Assembly (NCBI GenBank): GCA_031441465.1
Contig: JANOEP010000016.1
Location: 96,001-160,000 of the forward strand
Origin: a bacterium
GTDB taxonomy: Bacteria; Krumholzibacteriota; Krumholzibacteriia; LZORAL124-64-63
DNA length: 64,000 nt
Direction: 5' to 3'
Below the pieces are notes generated by a model, which did not search any database, was not told the origin of the DNA, and saw only the letters and a list, made by a program, of their open reading frames with translations. Numbering within the stretch: the stretch's first letter is position 1; each line of letters starts with the position of its first letter. The position numbers and the translations under genes are program-made. Shown here in pieces: positions 1 to 9,144 of this stretch.

Positions 1-1
1 C

Positions 2-139
2 ACGTACAGCGGCAAGTACAAGGCCACCGGCAAGAGCTTCGCGGCGCCGTTCGCCCACGTGTGGGAGTTCCGCGACGGGAAGGTCGTAAAGTTCCGCCAG
101 TACACCGACACTGTGGTGGTCCGGGCCGCACTGACGTAG
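2..139 (+). CDS. SnoaL/NTF2-like (ketosteroid isomerase-like) protein, C-terminal fragment (5' end outside window)
   Basis: Frame 2 reads TYSGKYKATGKSFAAPFAHVWEFRDGKVVKFRQYTDT...*, a typical NTF2-fold C-terminus; not in the ORF track. Confidence 0.75.
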   Translation, partial: TYSGKYKATGKSFAAPFAHVWEFRDGKVVKFRQYTDTVVVRAALT

Positions 140-416
140 AGCCGGACGGCAAGGACACCGGGATGCGGACCATGTGGCAGGGGGCGACCGGCTCCCTGCC
201 GTTGTTCATGCTCTTCAGGCTTGATGACCGCGCACCGCCGCTCCCGTCACAAATGGCATTGAGTCGCCGCGCCGCGCGGGATATCCTGCGGCGATCAACG
301 CCCATCGCGACCGATATCCGCCATGCCGTCAGCGCTGGGGCTGCGAGCATGCGCGAGATGTCGTGGGCGTGGGAGGTCGCGATGCTCGTCCACATCGCAC
401 ACACCAGGGAGGCGCC

Positions 417-1277
417 ATGCGCTGGCAGGGACGTCGCGGCAGCGGGAACGTGGTGGATCGCCGGGGTGTCGGCGGGCGGATGATGGTCGGCGGCGGGCTC
501 GGCGGCGTCGGCATCATCGTCGTGATCGTGTACCTGCTGCTGGGGGGCGACCCTAGCGCGCTGCTGGAACAGACATCGACGGGGACGGACGGCTACACCG
601 AGAAGGGGCAAGCCGGCGTACCCGTGGACGCTTCTTCGGACGAGGGGGCGCGGTTCGTGTCGGTGGTCCTGGCGGACACCGAGGACGTCTGGCGGGAGTT
701 GTTCTCGCAGATGGGGCGCACGTACGAGGAACCGCGGCTGGTGTTGTTCAGCGACGCGGTGGATTCGCGCTGCGGCTACGCCGGGGCGGCGGTGGGGCCG
801 TTCTACTGCCCGGCCGACCGGACCATCTACATCGACCTGGGCTTTTACGAGTTGCTGCGGCGGCGCTTCGGTGCGGCTGGGGACTTCGCCCAGGCCTACG
901 TGATCGCGCACGAGGTGGGGCACCACGTGCAGAACCTGCTGGGGATCTCCGATCAGGCCGACGCGCAGCGGGGTCAGGCGGACGAGCGGGAGATGAACGC
1001 GCTGTCGGTGAAGCTGGAACTGCAGGCGGATTTCCTGGCGGGGGTCTGGGCGCACCATGCGGAACAGCGCTTCGCGATCCTTGAGCCCGGCGATATCGAA
1101 GAGGCTTTGACGGCCGCCAATGCGATCGGGGACGACAACATCCAGAAGCAGACGCAGGGGCGGGTGGTGCCGGACAGCTTCACGCATGGGAGCGGGGAGC
1201 AGCGGGTGCACTGGTTCAGGTTGGGGTTCGAGACGGGGGATCTGGGGCGGGGGGACACGTTCGTGGAAGATCTCTAG
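417..1277 (+). CDS. YpfJ-like neutral zinc metallopeptidase
   Basis: MRWQGRRGSGNVVDRR N-terminus, Gly-rich TM segment, GPFYCP, AHEVGHHVQ (HExxH), LELQAD, SFTHG; AGGGAGG RBS before ATG 417. Confidence 0.9.
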   Translation: MRWQGRRGSGNVVDRRGVGGRMMVGGGLGGVGIIVVIVYLLLGGDPSALLEQTSTGTDGYTEKGQAGVPVDASSDEGARFVSVVLADTEDVWRELFSQMGRTYEEPRLVLFSDAVDSRCGYAGAAVGPFYCPADRTIYIDLGFYELLRRRFGAAGDFAQAYVIAHEVGHHVQNLLGISDQADAQRGQADEREMNALSVKLELQADFLAGVWAHHAEQRFAILEPGDIEEALTAANAIGDDNIQKQTQGRVVPDSFTHGSGEQRVHWFRLGFETGDLGRGDTFVEDL

Positions 1278-1343
1278 TCCGGTCGAGCGGCGGGAACGTC
1301 ACCGGTCGGCGTATTCTATCTGGATCAAGAGAGGATGTGGATC

Positions 1344-1472
1344 ATGAGTAAACTTCTGCGCGGGGTGGCTGCCGGCTGGGGTGCCAAGAAACTCGGCGGC
1401 GGCTGCTTCGGCACCGTCGTCGTCTTCCTGGTGCTCTGGTGGCTGTTGGGGAATTTCGACATCTTCAAATAG
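1344..1472 (+). CDS. 42-aa small membrane protein
   Basis: MSKLLRGVAAGWGAKKLGGGCFGTVVVFLVLWWLLGNFDIFK*; GAGAGGA RBS at ~1329-1335; one hydrophobic segment; below the ORF-track cutoff. Confidence 0.65.
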   Translation: MSKLLRGVAAGWGAKKLGGGCFGTVVVFLVLWWLLGNFDIFK

Positions 1473-1614
1473 TTCACTGGCCTCAATCCAACCCGACTCT
1501 TCGTTCTGGGATTGCTGGTGCTTGCCTCGTTCTCGGTCAACGCCTCTGAATTGTGCCGGGTGTTCGGGGCGTCGGGGTCGCGATGACATCGGCACGCCAA
1601 TCGTCGGGAGACGT

Positions 1615-2028
1615 ATGAACGGCATTTCCAGAGTCCATTTCATCCTCTACATCCGCGACCAGGAAGCCAGCCGAATCTTCTACGAGAGCGTGCTGGGCGG
1701 GCCGCCGACGCTGCACGTGACCGGGATGACGGAGTTCGAGGTCGCGCCGGGGGTAATCCTCGGTCTCATGCCCGAGCGCGGGATCACCAGGCTGCTGAAT
1801 CTGGAGGCGGCGAAGAAGCCTGGCAGTGAGATCCGCGGGGAGGTGTACCTGGTCGTGGGGTCTCCTGGTTCGTATCACCGGCGTGCGCTGGCTGCCGGCG
1901 CGAAGGAACTGAGCGCCTTGGCGCCGCGCGACTGGGGGGCCCGGGTTGCTTACAGTCTGGATGCCGACGGGTATGTGTTGGCGTTTGCGGAGCCGATGGT
2001 GGAGGGTGCGGATGATCTTGCGAATTGA
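1615..2028 (+). CDS. VOC/glyoxalase family protein
   Basis: ILYIRDQEASRIFYESVLG ... RDWGARVAYSLDADGYVLAF; GGGAG upstream. Confidence 0.85.
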   Translation: MNGISRVHFILYIRDQEASRIFYESVLGGPPTLHVTGMTEFEVAPGVILGLMPERGITRLLNLEAAKKPGSEIRGEVYLVVGSPGSYHRRALAAGAKELSALAPRDWGARVAYSLDADGYVLAFAEPMVEGADDLAN

Positions 2029-2196
2029 GCACGGGTCGTGGCATGATGACAAAGGTCGGGATCGGGAAGGAAGGTCCGCCAGGCTCCTGACCAGATGGGC
2101 GTGAGGGAAGAGGACGGACAGCATCATGGACGGTCACCAATCCGCGGATATCAGTCTGATCGCTCGTCGACCAAACTGCTTCCCTCCGATCAGCAG

Positions 2197-2225
2197 AAAG
2201 GCCCCGGTCGTTGCCGGCCGGGGCC
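2197..2225 (-). terminator. Probable intrinsic terminator of the GH16 gene
   Basis: GGCCCCGG...CCGGGGCC hairpin followed by TTTC on the minus strand, ~40 nt after the stop. Confidence 0.55.
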
Positions 2226-2264
2226 CAGGGACAGGCACGTTCTCAGTTGACTAGCCGCTCCATA

Positions 2265-4061
2265 TCATTTCACAAGTATCATCTGCCGAGTCGCCGAATC
2301 AGAACCTGCTTGGAGGCGGTAGTAGTAGACGCCCGACCCCAAGTTGGCGCCCCTGTCGTTGCGGCCGTCCCAGAGCAGCGAGTTGCCTCCGGCGGAGCCC
2401 ACTCCGCCGAAGCCGGCCACCCTGCGCCCGGTGACGTCGTAGATCTCCAGTTCATAAATGCCCGCAGAGGGCAGGTCGAAGCGGATCTCCGTCCGGGCGT
2501 TGAAGGGATTCGGCGTGTTGGCATGGAGATCCAACCGGCGCCCAGAGGCAACGCCATCATCGACGGCGCCGGTGCTGCCGCCTCCGTCCCAGTAGATGTC
2601 GTCCAGGGCGAACGTGCAAGCCGTGCCATTCTCCTCGAGGATGACGAACTCGTAACTCAGCATGCGCAGGTCGATGGCCGTTCCCCTCAGGTCGCTGACA
2701 GGGATCGAGGCCTGTCCCCAACCGCCGTTCCGCACCAGTCCGTATTTCGTCTGGTACGCCGGGAATTGGACGTAGTGCTGGTTGCCCCAGGTATCGATGA
2801 TCCCGATCTTGAAGGTGACGTTCGCGGGAATATTGATCCGGAACTTCAGGTGCCCGTCGCCGAAACCGAACAGGTTCACCGGCTGCATGGACATGATGCC
2901 GGCTCCGAACCAGCCGCTGCCCGCGGTCTGCCAGGAGAGGACGTTGTCGCCCTCGTAAGGGGCGATGGAGCCGTTGGTCAGTGTGCCCTCCCATACGTAG
3001 ATCTCCGCGGACACATCCGGCACCAGACCGTCATCGGTGGGCGTTTCGTCGGTATAGATCCCGAACGTCCCGATTTCCTGGAGCGGTGGTCCCAGGCTGA
3101 CTTCACCCTGGCCGTTCCATTGGTACAGCCGGATGTAATCAACGTACATTTCGGCCGGGAGCGGCATCGAGACCGGAGCGCCGCTGCCGGGGTTGCCGAG
3201 TTGGTACGCATCGGTGAAGGCCCCGCCGATGGCCAGATTCGCGATCAGGTAGAAGGGCGCCTGGAATTCGGCGGAGGCGCTGTCGATGGTGAACGGGGAC
3301 GTGTACAGGTCGTGTTCCACGCCGCCATCGACGACGGTCATGCGCAGGCTGTTATCGTCCCAGTACAACCGGTAGATCAGGAAGCGCTCGACGAGCGGAT
3401 TCGCATAGCTGTAGTACGGGCGGCAGAAATCGTCGTCCGGGTCCCAGGACAGGCTGGCCGCCCCCGAAGGATTCTGGGGCGTGACGGCAGCGGCCGAGTA
3501 GTAGACGGCGTTGGCCGCCACCGACTGATTGACCGTGGAATTGTTCAGTCCGTTGCCGCCGTTGTGCGTGTCGTGCAGATCCCTGTAGGCTTGCTTGGCG
3601 CCCATCTCCGTCATGTCGATCTCGCCGCAACGGGGCCAGGCGTAGTTGGCGGATCCCAGCAGCCAGACCGCGGGCCAGCCGCCCAGATCGATGTCCGGGA
3701 TGCGCACCCTGCACTCGATCATGCCGTACTTGACGGTCACGAACGACTTGCTGACGACCTTTCCCGACGTGTAGGCCAGAGGATTGCCCCACTGATCGAC
3801 GATGCCGGGTCCGCTCTCCTGCCTGGCCGTGATGCGCAGGGCCGTGTTCCCGGCTTCCCCGGGAATCGGCGCGATCCCGACATTCTCCTGCTTGTAGAAT
3901 TCCAGCTCGCCGTTGCCCCAGCCCCAATAGCCGTTCCCGGTGATGGTGAGCCAGTTGTCCAGGTCGTCGAAATTCTCTTCCCAGATCAGGTCGCCGACCT
4001 GGGCCAGAGCGGGGTTGCAGACGAAGAACAGGATCGCCAGCGGCAGGTGGATCTTCTTCAC
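2265..4061 (-). CDS. Secreted GH16 beta-1,3-glucanase/laminarinase-like enzyme with a probable carbohydrate-binding domain and a FlgD-Ig/T9SS-like C-terminal domain
   Basis: Signal peptide (GTG start, GGGAGA RBS); WGNGELEFY; WPAVWLLG..WPRCGEIDMTE catalytic ExDxxE; C-terminal PNPFN..IYDVTGRRV..WDGRND..SGVYYYRL. Confidence 0.88.
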   Translation of the reverse strand: MKKIHLPLAILFFVCNPALAQVGDLIWEENFDDLDNWLTITGNGYWGWGNGELEFYKQENVGIAPIPGEAGNTALRITARQESGPGIVDQWGNPLAYTSGKVVSKSFVTVKYGMIECRVRIPDIDLGGWPAVWLLGSANYAWPRCGEIDMTEMGAKQAYRDLHDTHNGGNGLNNSTVNQSVAANAVYYSAAAVTPQNPSGAASLSWDPDDDFCRPYYSYANPLVERFLIYRLYWDDNSLRMTVVDGGVEHDLYTSPFTIDSASAEFQAPFYLIANLAIGGAFTDAYQLGNPGSGAPVSMPLPAEMYVDYIRLYQWNGQGEVSLGPPLQEIGTFGIYTDETPTDDGLVPDVSAEIYVWEGTLTNGSIAPYEGDNVLSWQTAGSGWFGAGIMSMQPVNLFGFGDGHLKFRINIPANVTFKIGIIDTWGNQHYVQFPAYQTKYGLVRNGGWGQASIPVSDLRGTAIDLRMLSYEFVILEENGTACTFALDDIYWDGGGSTGAVDDGVASGRRLDLHANTPNPFNARTEIRFDLPSAGIYELEIYDVTGRRVAGFGGVGSAGGNSLLWDGRNDRGANLGSGVYYYRLQAGSDSATRQMILVK

Positions 4062-4158
4062 GGCGTTTCTCCCAATTCCATTGCGGACTGAAGAATGCGG
4101 GATCGCGGTCCTTGCGGGTCGTCCCAAGCGGTTCCGTACGGACCTCGTCGCTAGTCGG

Positions 4159-4187
4159 AGTCTACACTTTGTACGGTCTCAGAACAA
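4159..4187 (-). promoter_or_regulatory. Putative sigma70-type promoter with overlapping palindromic operator (GH16 gene)
   Basis: Minus strand TTGTTC-N17-TAGACT; operator TGTACGGTCTCAGAACA at 4170-4186. Confidence 0.5.
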
Positions 4188-4368
4188 TGAGGGAGTTTTC
4201 GCAATCTTGGGAGCCAACCCCACGAGGTGATCACCTAGACCGATCACGAGGCGTCGGGGGTCACAAATCCTAATTGGTGAACCTAACGGTCCGCACATTG
4301 GACTTAATTGTAATAATGACATACATTTATAATTTTATGGCAATCATCGGCAGGAATGAAGAAAGTGA

Positions 4369-4397
4369 TTGTTCGGTAACCGAACATAGTGTAGGAT
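4369..4397 (+). promoter_or_regulatory. Putative sigma70-type promoter with overlapping palindromic operator (CBM-like gene)
   Basis: TTGTTC-N17-TAGGAT; perfect 8-1-8 palindrome TGTTCGGT-A-ACCGAACA at 4370-4386. Confidence 0.55.
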
Positions 4398-4541
4398 GGT
4401 CCCGAGTCGGTCAAGTCGCCTCGTTCCAATTCGTCTTGTCCACGATGGGCATCGCATCATGGGCCGAACCGAGAGCGACATGGCGCAGGACTCGAGGATC
4501 TTCGTGTGATGGGAAAACGGATCGTTGAAAGGAGAATCGTC

Positions 4542-5171
4542 ATGAAATTTGTGAAATCCATCCTGGTGACCGGCGGCATCCTGGCGGTGCTGGCACTTCC
4601 CCTCGTTGGTGGAGTGAGCGTTGCATTGGCTGAAAACCTCCTGTCGAATCCCGGTTTTGAATCCGGCGACTTGACGGGGTGGCTGGTGTTCGGGGAGAGC
4701 CCCGACTCCCACATCGTCGTCCAGACCGGCGACAATGGCCCGTCGGCGCCCGGGACGCACAATGCGTACCTGAGCAATCAGGGAGAGGCTCTGGCTCTGG
4801 TCCTCAAGCAGTCGACTCCGGCCGGCAGTGCGATTCCGGGGACGGTCCTCTACTCGTTCGACCTGAAGCTGGACCAGGCCGACGTCGGCGGCGTGCTCTT
4901 CGTCAACATCTTCGCCGAGCAGGCTGGCGGCGGCGTCATCGGCGGCTCCGGCCTGATGGGTCCCTTCTGGCCGTGGAACGCGTGGGCCTCTTACAACGGC
5001 TCGTTCCAGGCTCCGGCCAACACGAGCTTCCTGACGATCCAGATTGAAGCAGTCACCGGCGCGAACTCCAGCAGCAGCTGCCTGACCCACGTGGACAACG
5101 TGGTCCTGGACCAGGGAACGGTGGCCGCGGAGGAAATGAGCTGGAGCGGCATCAAGACCCTGTATCGCTGA
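4542..5171 (+). CDS. Secreted carbohydrate-binding-module-like protein with C-terminal SWSGIKTLYR tag
   Basis: AAAGGAG RBS; signal peptide; NLLSNPGFESGDLTGW ... VDNVVL (CBM4/9-like jelly roll). Confidence 0.75.
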   Translation: MKFVKSILVTGGILAVLALPLVGGVSVALAENLLSNPGFESGDLTGWLVFGESPDSHIVVQTGDNGPSAPGTHNAYLSNQGEALALVLKQSTPAGSAIPGTVLYSFDLKLDQADVGGVLFVNIFAEQAGGGVIGGSGLMGPFWPWNAWASYNGSFQAPANTSFLTIQIEAVTGANSSSSCLTHVDNVVLDQGTVAAEEMSWSGIKTLYR

Positions 5172-5189
5172 TTTGGAGTGACCCGTGTC

Positions 5190-5227
5190 AAGGCCGTCTT
5201 CCTTCGGGGAGGCGGCCTTTCTCTTTC
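5190..5227 (+). terminator. Intrinsic terminator
   Basis: AGGCCGTCTTCC-TTCG-GGGAGGCGGCCT hairpin followed by TTTCTCTTT. Confidence 0.75.
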
Positions 5228-5431
5228 CCGCGTGCGTTTCCGACCTCAGCAGATGAATCGTTTCCGGTAGGTCGGAACTTTCATTTCGCAAGTGTTGGAT
5301 GATCCCTACGGGACCGGTGTGGGTGGAGTGAGGCATCCCATGCATAGCGGCTTGGCCAACCCCCGTCACAAGTGCTACGCTATCGATCCGATACGCATGC
5401 CGACCGCCCATCCGGCCCCAGGAGCCGACCC

Positions 5432-7663
5432 ATGCCCGCATCCAGCGACCACCGCAGCGTCGGCAACCCCCTACATCGACTGGACGCCTGGGACAAAGTC
5501 ACCGGTGTCACGCTTTTCCTGCCGGACCAGCCCCAGCCGGGCGCTTGGCTCGGCGCCGCCGTCCGTTCCCCGCTCCCGCATGCCCACCTGATCTCGATCT
5601 CGAAGACCGCAACGTTCCCGGCAGAGGCCGTCCTGCTGACAGCCCCCGACCTCCCCTGCGCCAACCTCGTCGCCATGGTCCGCGAAGATCTCCCGCTCCT
5701 GGCCACCGACGAAATCCGCTTCGCGACCCAGCCCGTCGCCCTGGTCGCCGCCCCCGACCGCGACACCCTGAAGGCCGCCCTCGCCGCCGTCATCGTCGAA
5801 CTCGAGGAACTCCCGGCCGTCCTGGGCATCGAAGCTTCCCTGCGTGGCGAAGGCCCCGTCTGGGGCGCGGACAACGTCGTCGCCGAGTACCGCGTCGACC
5901 GCGGCGACCCCGACGCCGCTTTCGCCACGGCCGCCACGGTCGTCGAGGGCACCTACTATACCGGCTACCAGGAACACATGTACCTCGAGCCCCACGGCAT
6001 CGTCGCCACTCCGCGCCCCGACGGCGGCATCGAGATCCTGGGTTCCCTGCAGTGCCCCTACTACATCCACAACGCGATGAAGCGCGCCCTCGGCCTCGAC
6101 GGCGACCGCGTCGTGGTGCGGCAGTCGCCCACCGGCGGCGCCTTCGGGGGCAAGGAGGACTACCCGTCCATCCTGGCCCTGCAGGCCGCCGTGCTGGCGC
6201 TGCGTTGCGGGCATCCGGTGTCGATGATCTACGAGCGGCGCGAGGACGTCGCTTGCACGACCAAGCGGCACCCGTCGCGCACGCGCTACCGCTCGGCCTT
6301 CGACCGGGACGGCAAGCTGCTGGCCGTCGATGTGGACCTGGTGCTCGACGCCGGCGCCTACACGACACTCAGCCCCGTGGTCCTGTCGCGCGGCGTGCTG
6401 CACGTGGCCGGGCCGTACCGCATCCCGCACGCGCGCATCCGCGGCCGCACCGTGGCCACGCACACCCCGCCCAACGGGGCCTTCCGCGGCTTCGGCGTGC
6501 CGCAGGCCGCGTTCGCCTGCGAGCGGCAGATGGACCGCGCGGCGCGCCGGTTGGGCTTGGACCCCGCCGAGCTGCGCCGGCGCAACCTGCTGCGCGACGG
6601 CGACACCTTCGTCTTCGGGCAGACGCTGCGTCCGGGCATGGCCGCGGCCGACCTCGTGCTCGAACGCGTGCTGGAGCGCTCCGGGTACGAGCAGCGCAAA
6701 CGAGAGGCGCACGCCTTCAACGCCGACAACAACCGTGGTGGAGGCGGCCCGCTGCGCCGCGGCGTGGGCGTGACGCTGACCATGCACGGCGGCGGTTTCA
6801 CCGGCGACGGCGAGGACCGCATCAAGGGCAAGGCCGCGGTGCGCCTGGATCCCGATGGTATCGTGACCCTGCTGGTCAGCAGCGTCGAGATGGGCCAGGG
6901 CGCGGCCACCGTGCTGCCGCAGATCGCGGCCGAGGCGCTGGGCGTGCCCATCGAACGGATCCGCTTCCACCAGCCCGACACTTCGGAAGTGCCCGACTCC
7001 GGCCCGACGGTCGCCTCCCGCACCACAATGGTCGTCGGGCGCATCCTGGTCGCGGCTTGCCGGCAGCTCGTGGACAAGGCCCGGGCTTTCGCGGGCGACA
7101 AGTCCGCCGACCCGCTGCTGGACGCCGGTCACGCCGGCCTGACCGCGACCGCGGTCTACGAACCCGATCCCGACATCGAGTGGGACCAGGCCACCTTGCA
7201 TGGCGACGCCTACCAGGGTTGGTCGTGGGCGGCGGCCGTGGCCGAGGTCGAGGTCGACACCGATACCATGGAGGTGCGGCCGGTCAAGCTGACCCACGTC
7301 GTGGAGATCGGGCGCGCCGTCAACCCCGTGCTGTGCGTCGGGCAGGTCGAGGGCGGCGCGCTGCAGGGCCTGGCCTGGGGCCACCTCGAAGAGATGAAGC
7401 TGAAGGACGGGCGCTACTGGAACGACCGCATGTCCACCTACATCATCCCCACCAGCCTCGACGCTCCCGACTTCGACGTGGAACTGGTCGAGCTGCCCAG
7501 CCCGCGCGGCCCCTTCGGCGCCAAGGGCCTAGGAGAGCTGCCGATGAACGCCGGCGCGCCCGCGCTGGCCGCGGCGATCGAGGATGCGCTGGGCATGGAA
7601 GTGTTCGAGGCCCCGGTCACGCCCGAGATTCTGCTGGCGCGCCGGCGGGAGGTGCGCCGATGA
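5432..7663 (+). CDS. Xanthine dehydrogenase family molybdopterin-binding subunit
   Basis: QEHMYLEP, GGAFGGKE, AFRGFGVPQ, VEMGQG, TVASR, GQVEGG, KGLGE motifs; AGGAG RBS. Confidence 0.92.
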   Translation: MPASSDHRSVGNPLHRLDAWDKVTGVTLFLPDQPQPGAWLGAAVRSPLPHAHLISISKTATFPAEAVLLTAPDLPCANLVAMVREDLPLLATDEIRFATQPVALVAAPDRDTLKAALAAVIVELEELPAVLGIEASLRGEGPVWGADNVVAEYRVDRGDPDAAFATAATVVEGTYYTGYQEHMYLEPHGIVATPRPDGGIEILGSLQCPYYIHNAMKRALGLDGDRVVVRQSPTGGAFGGKEDYPSILALQAAVLALRCGHPVSMIYERREDVACTTKRHPSRTRYRSAFDRDGKLLAVDVDLVLDAGAYTTLSPVVLSRGVLHVAGPYRIPHARIRGRTVATHTPPNGAFRGFGVPQAAFACERQMDRAARRLGLDPAELRRRNLLRDGDTFVFGQTLRPGMAAADLVLERVLERSGYEQRKREAHAFNADNNRGGGGPLRRGVGVTLTMHGGGFTGDGEDRIKGKAAVRLDPDGIVTLLVSSVEMGQGAATVLPQIAAEALGVPIERIRFHQPDTSEVPDSGPTVASRTTMVVGRILVAACRQLVDKARAFAGDKSADPLLDAGHAGLTATAVYEPDPDIEWDQATLHGDAYQGWSWAAAVAEVEVDTDTMEVRPVKLTHVVEIGRAVNPVLCVGQVEGGALQGLAWGHLEEMKLKDGRYWNDRMSTYIIPTSLDAPDFDVELVELPSPRGPFGAKGLGELPMNAGAPALAAAIEDALGMEVFEAPVTPEILLARRREVRR

Positions 7664-9033
7664 AGATGTCGATGTGGGTCAACGGCGTGAACCGCACCCT
7701 CGATGTTCAGCCGCTCAAGCGACTCTTGGACGTGCTGCGCGAGGACCTGGGCCTGGTCGGTGCGAAGGAGGGCTGCGGCGAGGGGGAGTGCGGCGCCTGC
7801 GCCGTGATCCTCGACGGACGGCTGGTCAACAGCTGCCTGCTGCCGGCCTACCGCGCCCACGGGCGGGTCGTGCGCACCATCGAGGGGCTGGGCACGCAGG
7901 AGAATCCCGACCCGGTGCAGGCCGCGTTCGTGGCCGAAGGCGCCGTGCAGTGCGGTTACTGCATCCCCGGTCTGGTGATGGCTTCGCGCGCGCTGCTGGA
8001 CGAGGAGGCCGTGCCGTCGCGCCCGCGCATCCGTGAGGCGCTGGCCGGCAATCTCTGTCGCTGCACCGGCTACGAACGGGTCGTGCGGGCCGTGGAGCGT
8101 GCGGCGCAGACGCCGGGGCGCGTCTGCGGGACCGAGCCCGTGGCCAATCCCGCTTCGGACCTCGAGGCTTCGCCCGGCGACGAGGTCTTCGTGCACATGC
8201 CGGGTTCGCTGCGCACGGCCTGCGCGGAACTCGCCGAGGGCGGCGTCACCGTGGTCGGCGGCGCGACCGACCTGGGCGTGCTGCTGCACGAAGAGGTCGT
8301 GACGCCCAAGGTGGTGCTCGACCTGAGCCGCGTGGCGGAGCTGCACGGCGTGCGCCGCGAGCAGGGCGCGCTGGTGATCGGCGCCGCGACTTCCTACGCC
8401 GACCTGCTGCGCGATCCCGACGTCGCGCGCGACCTGTCCTGCCTGCACGCCGCGGTGCGCACCGTGGGCGCTCCCGCCATCCAGAGCCTCGGCACGCTCG
8501 GCGGCAACCTCGTCAACGGTTCGCCCGGCGCCGACGCCGTGCCGCCGCTGCTGGCTCTGGGCGCGCGCATCCGTCTGGTGTCGAACGCGGGCGTGCGCGA
8601 AGTCGCGGCCGAGGCCTTCTTCACCGGCTACCGCGCCACCGTGCGCCGCGCCGACGAACTCGTGGCCGCGGTCGTGGTACCGGTGCCCGTCGCCGGCACG
8701 CGCCAGTCGTTCCGCAAGGCGGGCACGCGCCGGGCCCAAGCCATCGCCAAAGTGAACCTGGCCGCCTGCGCGCGGGTCGAGGACGGCGCGCTGCGCGGGG
8801 TGCGACTGGCGGCGGGGAGCGTGGGGCCGACGGTCGTCCTGCTCCGCGAGGCGATGGCGATTCTGGAGGGTGGGCTGGTTGCCGATCTCGAGCGATTGGC
8901 CCAGGCCGCGGCCGCCGCGGCGCGGGACGAGGTGTCGCCGATCGACGATGTGCGGTCGACGGAAGAGTACCGGCGCGAGGTGACGGGGAATCTGGTGGCG
9001 AGGTTCGTGGTGTTGCTATCTAATTATATTTAA
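7660..9033 (+). CDS. Fused 2x[2Fe-2S] + FAD-binding subunit of a xanthine-dehydrogenase-family enzyme
   Basis: ATGA overlap with the Mo subunit; GCGEGECGAC, QCGYC, NLCRCTGY, then GGATDL, TLGGNLVNGSPGAD, SPIDDVRST. Confidence 0.9.
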   Translation: MKMSMWVNGVNRTLDVQPLKRLLDVLREDLGLVGAKEGCGEGECGACAVILDGRLVNSCLLPAYRAHGRVVRTIEGLGTQENPDPVQAAFVAEGAVQCGYCIPGLVMASRALLDEEAVPSRPRIREALAGNLCRCTGYERVVRAVERAAQTPGRVCGTEPVANPASDLEASPGDEVFVHMPGSLRTACAELAEGGVTVVGGATDLGVLLHEEVVTPKVVLDLSRVAELHGVRREQGALVIGAATSYADLLRDPDVARDLSCLHAAVRTVGAPAIQSLGTLGGNLVNGSPGADAVPPLLALGARIRLVSNAGVREVAAEAFFTGYRATVRRADELVAAVVVPVPVAGTRQSFRKAGTRRAQAIAKVNLAACARVEDGALRGVRLAAGSVGPTVVLLREAMAILEGGLVADLERLAQAAAAAARDEVSPIDDVRSTEEYRREVTGNLVARFVVLLSNYI

Positions 9034-9144
9034 TAAAGTTACAGACACCCATCTATTGTGCAGCGGCATTGCATGATAGCCGGAGGCGTCGGCAGGCACA
9101 AAATATAGCTTGCAAATCGGGAAACAATTCCCATACTGCAAGTC

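Noticed and set aside
4370..4386. LexA/SOS box
   Set aside because: The GTTC/GAAC half-sites are in the opposite orientation and spacing to the Gram-positive GAAC-N4-GTTC box, and the flanking genes are carbohydrate-related
4400..4540. Riboswitch in the long leader of the CBM-like gene
   Set aside because: I could not match any known aptamer consensus by eye; an Rfam scan would be needed
5545..7659. N-terminal extensions of track ORFs (e.g. 5545-9033, 22229-24700, 55164-58937, 42529-45231) suggesting giant fusions
   Set aside because: The extensions overlap real upstream genes in another frame; the true starts have an RBS or stop/start coupling
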